Positions 42,278-55,490 of a DNA stretch of 64,000 bases are shown in pieces. This DNA comes from the human T2T-CHM13v2.0 reference genome, Homo sapiens, in assembly GCF_009914755.1 (NCBI RefSeq), contig NC_060931.1; one strand, 5' to 3'. Within the stretch, counting starts at the first letter, position 1. Every line of letters begins with the position of its first letter. Below the pieces are notes generated by a model. That model was not told the origin of the DNA. It made no database searches and saw only the letters and a list, made by a program, of their open reading frames with translations. The position numbers and the translations under genes were made by a program.

Positions 42278-42762
42278 CTGTATGCCAAATTCTTCAGAAA
42301 CTTGGTGGCTTAAGACATCAACCATTTTATTTCTCATAGTTTTGTGAGTCAGGAATTCATGAAGGCTCCAATGCACAGTGCTTCTACTTGACATGGCATT
42401 GGCTGAGAACATTCACTTGGCCACGCATCTGCAGCATGGACTGGTTAGAAGGTCCAAGAAGACTTTATTATGTATCTGGCACCATCACGCTTCTCCACGT
42501 GGCTTCTGTTTCACCATATGACCTTGCAGCAGCGTTGTCTCAGGGTAGTTGGACTTCATACATGATTGCTAGCTTTAACTAGAGAGCATTCTAAAGGGTG
42601 AAGGCTGCAGGTCTTTTAAGGCCTGGCCTTGGGGCATTACTTGGTATCACGTCTACTGTGTTCTTTTGGTCAATTGGGTAGCTCAGATTTAAATGGAGGG
42701 AAAATAGAATTTATTTAGTGTGAAGAGTGGCAAGGAATTTCCAGCTATTTTTTTCTGCCACT
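42278..42762 (-). mobile_element. MaLR solo LTR (MLT1 family)
   Basis: aaacttggtggcttaagaca...atttctcatagttttgtgagtcaggaatt...ggcaaggaattt. Confidence 0.7.
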
Positions 42763-45559
42763 TCGTTGTGGACTTTGTAAGTTTGCCTTTATAGACCCAC
42801 CAGTCAGACACTGGCATGAAGTCATTGTCTTTGGGTTTGTGTCACAAGATAGAGGCCGGTATTTCATTGTCTACTGCTCTTAATTTGTTAGAGAATATTT
42901 ACGTGATTACCGGATTCAGCAACATTTCACCAGTTTGATCACATTAAAGACCATTCAAGATACATTTAGGAAAATACAAGTCTTTCACAGAACTCCTTTG
43001 TTCAAGTGAGTTAATTCTTGGAGTAGTTACACTTTGTCACTTTACACTCAAGTACTGAAATGATTTTTTATATGTTATTAATCCCTTTGATCTTTCTGTT
43101 GTTACAGTTTGTCGTATTGCTCCCCATTTTAGAGATGGAGAAACTGTGATGGGTTTTAAATCATGTTTTTTAGCACCAAAGAGTCAAATATGAAGTCGGC
43201 TTGCCCTAGCTTTCTTTTGCAATTTTTAAGTCATTGATTTAAAAGCCTACTTTGGCTTATACTTTGGCATCTTGACATTTTACTTGAGAATCCGTGATAA
43301 CTTTCAACTGATTCATTTAATTGAAATTATTTCAGTTCACATATTTTTAAAATCAAGGCTTTGTGTTGAGGAATATGGCCAACCAGGGATTTGTTTGTAT
43401 ATATAGAAGTGTGTTTACCACTATACATGTGTTTATGTATTCATGTATGATTGTTTTCTAATTGTGAATATTCAGGATTTCAAGTTTTTTTTTTTTACAT
43501 TGACAGATATAATTATACATATTTACTGTGTGGATTTCAAGTTTAAAAGAATAGCCATCTCTGCATAGAGATTTGTCTTTTCCTCTTTTAAAATACCAAA
43601 TATTTTGATAAAGGCACTGAGATTGGTCTAAGCCTTTGCATTACCCTATACAGTCAAGAAAGGTGAGGCTATGTCTTTTTTGTTTTTGGTAGTGGCTTCA
43701 GATTAGATCAACTGAATGTTCTGAATATTTTGCTAATTACGGCTATTCCAGTGGTCACTGGGCCTCCCACCATTCCTCTCCAGAGCTGATGGTAATTGCA
43801 ATAGCTGTGACTTCCTCTCTCCCTGTTTTTAGAAGGTGTTGCTTTCTCTTGTATATCTTGCTTTTATGAAGTGGCTGTCAGCAGGGAGCACAAAGAGCTC
43901 TCTGGCAGTTGCTGTTCCTTCGAGAGCATGCTTCTTTTGCCTGTTTGTCACTCCACTGAGTACTGCATTCTGGTAGTGAAGGGAGCAATCCTTCACCACT
44001 TTAGTTTGTGCTGCTTATACTCTTGTTCAGGGTTGAAGGCTGGAATATAGAATGGAGGGATATTACTGATACGTGTACCATAACGTGTATGCAAAGCTTA
44101 ATTTAAAAACTGAGTGGAAGTGAAATTGTAGGATATTAATATTTTATGCCCTTGACTTTAAACCTTCTGTGGTAAAAGGTGATGTAGAAACTGTTATTGC
44201 ACCATTTCTTCTAATCTTGGCTTGTAAGATCTCCATTAGTTGGAATTCTGCAAATGAAAGACGTAATGAAAGGAGAGTTTTTTTTTTTGTGAATCTTTGC
44301 TGTCCTGGGCAAGACTCAGTTGTTCTGGTAAAGAGGTGGCAATAAACACCAATGCAGAAGTCAGACAGTGCACTATAATGTATTGAACCCCATTATTTGG
44401 TCTATTTTAAATGTATGTATAATCTGGTTGATGAAGTCTTCTGGATTCTGTTATCCTATTCATGGTCAGTCTTAGTTTTGTTATCTTTACTATCTTAAAG
44501 CAGCAAATCTCTTTTGGGATGCACAATTAGAATGGCCTGTGGACCCCACATCTCTAGAGCATGCTTCAGTAGGATTCTAACTGATTCTAATGCACACTCC
44601 TGGTTAAGAGGCAGGATTAGTAAGTGATACAGGATTGGTCATACTAAAATCAAATCCATTAAAGTCTTAAGGGGTTGAAGAGGTTTACAGAAGGCAAATT
44701 TTGATTCATTTTGAAAGATATGTCATGTTTAGGAGAGTGTTTGTGTTCTGCAACATATAGTAAATGAAGATAGAATTATGAAACTTCATAAATATGGGAA
44801 AGTGCTTTAATGTACATTACTATAAAGGGAAAAGAAAAACTAGACATCGGTGCTCTAACTGATCTCCATTTACAGATTTTGGTCAGTTTTATTTAGAGTA
44901 GCAGCCCAAAGTTGGCAAACATAGATAATTCCTATTTCTGACTTGAACAGTTGAGAATGTTGACAAATGCATTATTTCATCCAATAATTTCTTGGACTGG
45001 AAACAATTATATCATCATGTTAATTGTCTGTTATTAAGAAGGGGGTTTTCTAGGTTGCTTCCCGCCCCCATTTGTTACTTGTATGAATTTTTAAGGCTTA
45101 TATTGATGAGATTTTCATGTAATGGAGGGGAGAAATTTTTTCCTTTTTAACATGTTCATGTAAAAGGAATTTAGGAAATTATTTTAATCTTGCTGGGAGC
45201 TAAGACAAAACACAAAACAAAAACACTGCAGAACAGTTTATGGTCCCATGGACAAATGTTCAGTCTGAACACAAGTACTAGAGAAGACCTTGGAAGGCTG
45301 AGGTCAGAATGGGTTAAAGTAGTTGAGTTCATGGGCAAAGGGGGACTTGGCATGTTTTCACACAGTTAAGTATAAATGTATAATATGAACAGCACTATAA
45401 AGACCTGGGGGAGATGGGCTTTGGGGGGTTTGTTTGTTTTCTTAGAACATGTTACCAAAAACAAAAAAAAAAGATTGAATACTTTTGGATGATAGGGAGA
45501 CCTTTGAAGAAGAGATTGGGTGGCTTGGACTTTGCCTTTTAAGCCACGGGCTGCGATTA

Positions 45560-46490
<931 letters not shown>

Positions 46491-46724
46491 GCATTTTTGG
46501 ATAGAGGAGTAAAGTAGTGAAAGTAATGTTTTTAGGATGGTTTGTCTGGCAGCAGTGTGCAAAATGAATTGGTAGAGGAGAAATGGAGAGCTGCGAATTA
46601 GAAGGCAGGTTCAATCAGTGCAGGAAGGAAAGGCTACAGTAAGGCAGAGGCAGGGAAAAGAAAGGCAATAGAGATGAGAGAGATTTTGAAAGAAGGAATT
46701 TTCAATACCTTTTAGGCTTAACTA

Positions 46725-47057
<333 letters not shown>

Positions 47058-47184
47058 TTAAGTCAGGTTGAAGTTGTGAACCTGAGTGATTGGGAGTTGG
47101 GGTCAGGAAGATGGTGCTTTGTGCATGTTGAATTGAAGGTCTGTGTATTGGTAGACTATCCTTGCAGAATTGTGTTATAGGAAG

Positions 47185-47545
47185 TGTATTAGTCTGTTTT
47201 CACACTGCTGATAAAGACATACTCCAAACTGGGCAATTTACAAAGAAAGAGGTTTAATTGGAATCACAGTTCCATGTGGCTGGGCAGCCTCACAATCATG
47301 GCGGAACGCAAGGAGGAGTAAGTCACATCTTACATGGATGGCAGCAGGCCAAAAAAAAAAAAAAAATGCATGTGCAGGGAAATTCCCATTTTTAAAACCA
47401 TCAGGTCTCATGAGACTTATCACTATCATGAGAACAGCACAGGAAAGACCTGCTCCTATGATTTAGTCACCTCCCACTGGGTCCTTCCCACAACACGTGG
47501 GAATTCAAGATGAGATCTGGGTGGGGACACAGCGAAGCCATATCA
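47185..47545 (-). mobile_element. THE1 (THE1B-like) solo LTR
   Basis: tgtattagtctgttttcacactgctgataaagacata...gtggggacacagcgaagccatatca; 5-bp TSD ggaag/ggcag. Confidence 0.92.
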
Positions 47546-48499
47546 GGCAGCTAGATTGATCATGGGGGACCAGGGGAGAGGTAAGGGCAGGAAATAGAAA
47601 TTTAGGGATTCTCTGTCTGCCTGGGAATAGCTGAAGCCATACAAATGGACCAGCTCAGAAACTCGTGAGTGAACTGAGGAGCACTTTCCTTAAGTAGTTC
47701 GTCAGCTTAATCGGCTTTCTATAGTTGTCACAGCAAAATATTACACTGTCTTTAGAGACTGGAGTTTCTCATGATGATGCCACATTTTGCCTTTCTTTGC
47801 TTCTGCGGTTTTTCGTCATTTATAGGTGATATGGCAGCAGATTTTTGAGCAGAATCCAGCTGCTTTCCGAAGCTGGAGATTCCACTGGGGATGTAGACAG
47901 CTTGGGAGGAAATAAAAGCCGAGTCCATAAGTGAGCCTGGGAGGAGTGAAGAAGCAGAGCAAGCAGGACAGAAAGTGGGCGGGGCCAGCTATAGGGAAAG
48001 ACCTTGGGGTTGAAGGGATTTGATAGACTTGCCTTAGTGTCTTTTAGTTCCTTCAGAAGCCCAGCCTGACCTCCATCATGAGAGAACTAGTTAGTGAGGG
48101 TGGGGCACCAACAGTTCCCTTGTGTCCTCTCCTGCTGTTTCTCTCTTATATCCAGAGACTACAGAGAATGTGGTTAATGGGAAACTACAAAACTTATATG
48201 TAATCATTTCAAAAGTCCTCCCTAGCTGAAAGGATTTTAAGAAAATGTGCTATTCAGAAATATCCCTTAACCTGTTTAACAGCATCTTATTTACTCATCT
48301 GTGTTTTATGAATACTTTTCCCTAGTTGCAGAAGGATGGCAAAATAAATGTTTGCTATCAAATCTATACCTGTAATTCAGTGAAGCATTGAACACAGGTG
48401 ATGTACCCTTCTTCACAGGGGAATTGTGTTCAAAATCATTTTAATTTTTTATCCTCAGTAAGATTATATAGAAAATCTTATAGCTCTCAAAGGTGCAGA

Positions 48500-49620
48500 T
48501 TATATTTTTCTGTAATAGTTCTGGGCTTCCCAAAAATTTTTGTTGGTGTTGCCAAAGAGTTGTGTCACATAAGTGAGTGGCACAAACATTTTTTGACTAG
48601 CCACCTGAAAGTTGTGAAGGGTTTTGAAAATATAAAGTAAAATATAAAGTGAACACCACCACTGTCAACAAAATCCACTGCTTTGGATATGATTTCACAG
48701 GAAGATGACGGCTGTCACCAATTGAACTACAGCAAATGACGAAAGCTCAGCACGAATTAGCCAGTCTCATTGGGGTGATAAACGACAGCACATTAAATAT
48801 GTGTTAGCAACGTGATATGGCAGTGAAAAAAGCCAACGCTATTTTTGGCTGTGCTGCACAAAACAGCATCTCGTCACCGAGCTGGGCTGATCATTACTTT
48901 CTACCCAGTACTTGTGAGGCAGCATCTGGGATGCTGTCTTGAGTGTAGGACACGTGCGTACTGGAAGGATAGACAAACGGGTAGGAGTCCCAAGCAGAGC
49001 ATCTGCTGTGACTAAGGACTTTAGATGAGACAAGTTTTAGAAGTGGCATGTTTAGGAATGAGCATGGAAGTAAAGAGATGTTAACCTTTTCAGAGATAGG
49101 ATGATGTTGAGGAAATACATCATAGACTCCTCATTAGTTGGCATTAGTTTAGTACAGTGCACTTTAGAGGAATTACCCAAATACTTTCACAGACAGCATA
49201 TCAGCAAAAAGGGGCTCTAAAGCAAAATTAAGCAAGGACTTATTTATGGTCAACTATGTTTTAATCAAGAGATTAACATTGGCAGTGCTTGCTATAATGT
49301 GAGAAGGAATAGAAAGTAATAGATTACATAAGTCAGGTGCTTTTGATTGGAAATTCAAATGCAAATATTAAACCTGGGAACAATGGGGGTGAGACTTTAT
49401 AGTTATCTTTAGAAATTCAAGTAACAAATAAAGGAATTACTTACTTTCCGCAGTAGTATAGGCAAGCACAACAGAAAGAAATAATTTAAGAAATACATAG
49501 TATAAACTGAATGTCAGGGAACATTTCTGCAGTGAGAACTATCGGACCATAGGATATTCCCCTAGGAAAATTGGGTTGAATTTCATTGGACATTTGATCC
49601 TGACAGAATTGAATGTGTAT
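48500..49620 (+). mobile_element. Ancient CR1/L3 LINE ORF2 (RT C-terminal) relic
   Basis: From 48769 reads IGVINDSTLNMC*QRDMAVKKANAIFGC and, after a frameshift, IITFYPVLVRQHLGCCLE, matching the CR1 motifs LGVxVDxKLNMSQQC...KKANxILGCI and ILPLYSALVRPHLEYC. Outer boundaries are approximate. Confidence 0.8.
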
Positions 49621-50936
49621 CAGTAGGGAAATAGACTGAATATCCCTGTAGGCATTTTTCATTTCTCTCTTCTCTGATTCTGGGCCCTGTTGATGATCTG
49701 TTCACCTGCTGTGATTAGGAAGAAATTTTATCTCTTGTTTTTCTACACCCAGGCACATTTTAGATGCTTTCCTGATTGACATAGGCTAAAAATGGAGCTT
49801 CATTGCCCTGAGGTTGACCTGGTACCATCCCTCCTGGTGTTGTAGAAATTTCTCCTTTCTGTTTGGGAGGCAGTGTTAGGGTCCTTTACCTAAGGTGAAT
49901 ACATGTAATATAAAATGGGCCCATGTGTATAGGGTCAGTGTCTTCTTCAGATATATCTAGTAACCTAACAGGGCTGCAAGCTGGCCTCTTTGGGAGTGAA
50001 TGATGGTTTTATTTTCCCCTCTTCCCCCAGGACTTGACTTTGAAGAAAAAGGATATTTAGCAGACTAGGAGACCACAGACTTTTACTGTGTCCTGTAGAA
50101 ATGTGAAAAATTTCAGGTTCCTGGATGGGAAAGGGCTACTGGAGAAGAGCTTGACTCCTTATGCTGTGACAGTGGTGTGTATGCCAGTCTTTCCCTGTAG
50201 TAGTATCATTGTATAATCAAAGAAGTAAACTAAAAATGCAAATTTAATTTCAGGTTCATTACAAATGGTCTGTATTTCCTTGTTATAAACTAGTCTATTG
50301 GATAAGATTGTTAGATAGATTGTTATCCAATCTTAGTCTATTGGATAAGATTGTTTTCTTAGCTTGGCATTCAAATACCTGTACAATTCGGACAAAGTCT
50401 CTGCTTTTCCAGGCTTAGTTTACCCTTTTCTATAGTAATGCTGTATTCCAGTTAAATCAGCCTTTCTTTCTGTCCTCTAAATATGACTCTGTCCTTTCCT
50501 ACAGTAGTAGTTTTGTTTATTCCATACATCTTTCCTACTGTCCTTGCCCTCATCTCTGAATACCTTCTCTGATATGCTCCAGTCCTCTGTCTTACCTATG
50601 AAGCATCCATTGATCATTTCCCTTCAAGAACTCATTGCATTTCTTGTTTTTACCATTCATTTGACATATCTAATAGTTATATTTTTCTTCCTCTACTGAA
50701 TCCACATCTTTCCTTTTTAATCAGATTAAAAAGGCTCTCTTGAGGACCATTTCTTACATGTCTTTAAATTTCTCACAACTAGTCTTTAAGCCTTTGGAGA
50801 GAAGGAACTATGGCTTATTTATGGTGCCTGTCTCTTCCCCTAAACTCACAGAGTTTGGCAGTATGCACTTAATAAATATGTTTTGAACAAATGAGTAGTA
50901 GATACTCTATACATATCTATTGATTGATTTAAGATT

Positions 50937-51303
50937 TGCTATAGACTGAATGTTTATGTCCCCCCTACCCCATATTCATATGTTGAAAGCCAGTCCCCAA
51001 TGTGATGGTATTTGGAGATGGAGGCTTTGGGAAGTAATTAAGTCATGATAGCAGAGCCCTCATGAATGGAATTAGTGCCCTTGTAAAAGAGGCCCCAGAG
51101 AGCTCCCTCGACAGTTCTGCCACGTGGGGTTACAGCAAGAATATGGCCATCTATGAAACAGGACAGGGGTCCTCACCAGACATTAAATTTGCTGATGCCT
51201 TTATCTTGGACTTCCCAGCCTCTGGAAATGTGAGGAATACATTTCTCTTGTTTATAAGCTACTCAATCTGTGGCATTTTGTTGTAGTGGTTTGAACTAAG
51301 ACA
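50937..51303 (+). mobile_element. MaLR solo LTR (MLT1A/MST-like)
   Basis: tgctatagactgaatgtttatgtcccc...gaactaagaca; TSD agatt/aggtt. Confidence 0.88.
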
Positions 51304-53492
51304 AGGTTGAATTTTAAATGCTTTGTAAATGTGTTGAACTTTGTAGATTTAAAAATCATGTAGCAGAAGACTCATAAAGCTACGAAGGTTTGCTATATTC
51401 CCAGGAGACCAGTTCCTCCTGCTTTCTCCTAGACCAGCCTGCACTTAAATCATCCCTATATGAAGAGTTTCTGTTGGCCAGGCAGATTGTTAGCTCAGGT
51501 TTCCAGATATGAAATGATGTCATGAAATAATGGGCATGAAATAATGTTGGCAAGAGAAACCATTAATAATTGGGACTGTCATAGTATTACTATTATATAG
51601 CCAATGCTCGTGCATAGATAATATCATTTCTATCATGGGTGTGACAATAATAGATTTGGAAGAATGGTGAAAAATTTGATAATAGGTTAAGTGAAATTAA
51701 ACTATACAAACTTGTCCTTTATTCTTTGAAAACGATTTAAATTTTTGATTTTTCATTTTAATTTTCTTACTCGTATTTAAAAATTTTTCCTTCATGTCTT
51801 GCTAGTGAAATGTACTTGCTGCAAATTAAATCCATTTCTTTCAGTGATAGCTTTGGTTTGTAATTACCTTCTTTAAGTGTTAAGTCTGTCCTTAGAATCA
51901 TCAGAGCTTCTATTATGTAATTCTTTGGAGTAAACCCTAGTTAATCAGAGCATGCATTTCACTGGAGGGGCAGCTCAGTGAGTGATGTGAAGGTGTTTCC
52001 TCTGAGAAACGGAAACAGTTATGAAGTGTTTTGTGGTCCTCTGGGAGTTGAGGTGCTATAGAAATGTAAGGCTTTTATTACAACTCCTGACCTACTATAC
52101 AGAACCATGCTAACATCATTGATGATTCTTTTGCATAATCAAAGAATTAAACATAAAAGTCATATTAATTTTCAGCTTCATTAGAGATGCAAGAATCAAA
52201 AGAGATGTTTGCCAAATGGGAAGGCACTAAATTGGTAGGAGAAAGAATTTTAATTTCAAGCTTCAAGTGAATGTTATAAATAACCTAGCATAAAAAAGAC
52301 ACTACCAAAAGCGCCTGACAATGTCCTTTTTAAAGATCAGCAACATTAAAAAGGGGAAAATGTAAAAAAGAAAAAAAAAGGGAAAAAAGAAACTATAAAA
52401 ATATGAAATTAAAATTGCTGTATTTGAGTCAGTTTATGGTAGTAAATTACTTCTGAGAGCCTCAATTTGAAGATCACCAGGTAGTCTATGGTAATTAGTA
52501 TAATTTTGCTGTGGTCACCAAATCTTTATATTATTTTTGCTGGTCAAACAGCAATACTTTTGCCTTTTTTTTTTTTTTTTTAACTTGGTCGCAGTTGAAG
52601 ATGATGAAAAATCCATTTACTCGTGAAAGGGTAAATGCAACTTCCTGATGTGAAATAGGGGCATTTAAAGCACTCACATTAAGGAAAGTTTGCATTTTAA
52701 ATATAAAGTAGTCTTAAAATTTTTCTCTACCCACATATAAACACCATTCCAATATGTGTGAAGAGCTGTTGTTCATCTTGTAGGATCACTAATCACAGGA
52801 TTAAAGCGATGAGGAAGTATATACAGTGAAGAATGATGCCCTTTTCTTTAAAACAAAAATCTGGAGGCAGCCAGAAGAGCTTGGGAAAATTCTTGTATTT
52901 TATATCTATTATGCTCTTGATTTTATATCTACTGTATCTCCCTGATCTGTGGCCAGCTGGGATGCAAATACGGCACAAGAAGTTCACAGTATCAAAGGAG
53001 CAAGTGAATAGGACCCCAGAATGTGATTGTTATGAAAGTACTGAGATTATTACATTTAGGCCCTATGTGATTCTGGAGGAAGTGAGTTTTACTGCTCAGT
53101 AGAAAATTATATATATATACACTGTATATATAAAACACACACACACACTGTATTTAGAAAGAAAAAGACCATCTGTTCATTCTGTCTGTATTTCTGTGGG
53201 GATTTAATCTGACAGTGAATCACTTGGGATTTGTACAGAATAAACTTGTGCTAACATTTTTATGAAAAAGGGTAGGGAAGACAACCAAAATTTTCTCTTT
53301 AGGGATTGTTTAGCTCTGCTTTTTTTGTTTTTTTTCTTTACAGCATACGAACATGGCAATATGATGATTGATTTTTTTTTTAATTTGTTTTATGTTAGCC
53401 TTTTCTGATTCTACAGGAGAGGTTCATTCCTTTGTCTTAGCATGAAAATTTCTCAGGATAGACAGTAGCATCAGGAATGATCTTTAATAGAG

Positions 53493-53671
53493 TAGTGGTT
53501 TTCAAAGAGTGGTTCCCAGACCAGCAGCATCAGCATCACTTAGGAACTAGTTAGAAATGCAGATTCTAGTGCTGTATCCCAGATCTCCTGATTGAGAAAC
53601 TTGGAGGATGGAGCTCTGCAGTCTGTGTTTAGTAAGCCCTCCTGGTTTTTCTGATATGCAGGAGAACCATG
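53493..53671. mobile_element. MER5A
   Basis: agtggttttcaaagagtggttcccagaccagcagcatcagcatcac...gttagaaatgcagattct...gagaaccatgg. Confidence 0.85.
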
Positions 53672-54586
53672 GAATTAGACACAGACTGTAATAATGAAAC
53701 GCTAGTGTTATTTCAAGAAACTTCAACACTCAGACTCACTTATGCTGATGAATATGACCTGGGCCAAACCTTAAATATCTTATTTCCTTCCACCCTCATA
53801 ACACTTCGGAGAGCCTGCCATCATTATTCTTCCGTTCAGATGATGACACTGTTCATGCTCATTTGATTGGTAAGCAGTGAACCAGGCTTTGAATCTTGGT
53901 CTGGTTTCAAAATTTATTTTCTTAACTGCTGTAGAATAGGAAGATTTAAAAAGGAATGATTTTCAAGTGGCTATTCTTGTGACTTTTTACAACTAAGTAT
54001 GTCATCAATTAGGAAAGTACCTGAGGGGTTGAGTGGCAAGTTGGGTGCCAAGAGCAAACCAGATTATAATCTAGAACTCAGTTCTAGTCCTGACTCTGCC
54101 TTTACTCTCTCTCATTCATTTAGTTGGCCTAATGTCCTCTGAACAGGCTTCCTCCTGGGACACTTGATTCCTTAGATGACTATACTTTTCCTGTGAAGTG
54201 TGCCTATTTTACAGAGAAGCTTCCCACTTCGAACTGGAAAAAATAAGCATAGTGGAGTGACTTTTTCAAGGTCATTATCCCCTTTCAATGGGAGAGCTAT
54301 AGTTTGCTTCTATTCAGTACCATCCTGTTGTAATGGAAAAAGAAATACAAACCAACCAAGATGCTGAAGTTTGCTTTTACCTGCATTATATTTAGGGGTT
54401 CATTTGCAAACCTGAAGTATTTCATTGACTTGTACCTTTGCTGTTTGTCACAACAATAATCATGATTCTTTCATCTCAAGCCTTGATTTGAAACAGCCTG
54501 GAGCTGGTCCAGACAAAGCCCATCTAGTCATTGTATCTAGGCCTGTCGATATCCTCTTGTTTGTTTTTGTTTCATTTGGTTTTCTT

Positions 54587-54893
54587 TTCTTTTCTTTTTT
54601 TTTTTGAGACGGAATTTCGCTCTTGTTGCCCAGGCTGGAGTGCAATGGCGTGATCTTCGGCTCACCGCAACTTCCACCTTCTGGGTTCAAGCGATTCTCC
54701 TGCTTCAGCCTCCTGAAGCAGCTGGATTACAGGCCACCACACCCAGCCAAATTTTTTTTTTTTTTTGTATTTTTAGTAGAGAAGGGGTTTCTCCATGTTG
54801 GTCAGGGTGGTCTCGAAATCCCAACCTCAGGTGGTCTGCCTGCGTCGGCCTCCCAAAGTGCTGGGATTACAGGTGTGAGCCACTGCGCCCGGC
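54587..54893 (-). mobile_element. AluSp with TSD tcatttggttttctt
   Basis: ctcaccgcaac, tttctccatgttggtcagg; TSD at 54572-54586 and 54894-54908. Confidence 0.93.
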
Positions 54894-55244
54894 TCATTTG
54901 GTTTTCTTACCTGTCACCTAAAGTTGCAGTCTCCTTAACTGAATTATTAGTTCTTAGGCATTAAGGACAGCTTCTTTGCTTTTTGTCTGTAAACTATTGC
55001 TGTGTCATTTTCACAGTACATGCTCAATAATGTCATAAAGAATTAATATTTTGCCTCTTCCTTATTTTATTGTCCTTTCCCATAATTTTCCAGCCTATCT
55101 TCTGTATATTATTCCATTTATCTTTTCTGTTTGTGATTTTTTTCCTCTGTTCCCTCTGAGCATTTGTACTTGCCATTCCTGTACTGCAGATACACCTTTG
55201 TTTTCTTCTCTCTCCATTTATTCTCTCCATTAATAACAAAATTA

Positions 55245-55490
55245 AAAAATTACAGCTAACATTTGATAAGCATTTACCACATACCACTGTGCTTAGTACT
55301 TTATATGTATTATCTAATTTAACCCCCACATTTATAATGCCATTATTATTCTTAGTTTGTAGGTGACAAAAATGAAATTTGGAGAGGTTAAGTGCCTTGC
55401 CTCGGCTATTAAGTGGTGAGACTGAGATTCAAATTCAGCTGTATCTTAATTCCAGTTAAACTTTTAATTATAGTATTTTGCCTCCATTGT
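55245..55490 (-). mobile_element. MIR
   Basis: agctaacatttgataagcatttac...gagaggttaagtgccttgcc...gagattcaaa. Confidence 0.75.

Noticed and set aside
50010-50075. Strong acceptor-like attttcccctcttcccccag
   Set aside because: No convincing nearby donor or coding signal; such pseudo-sites are common in long introns.
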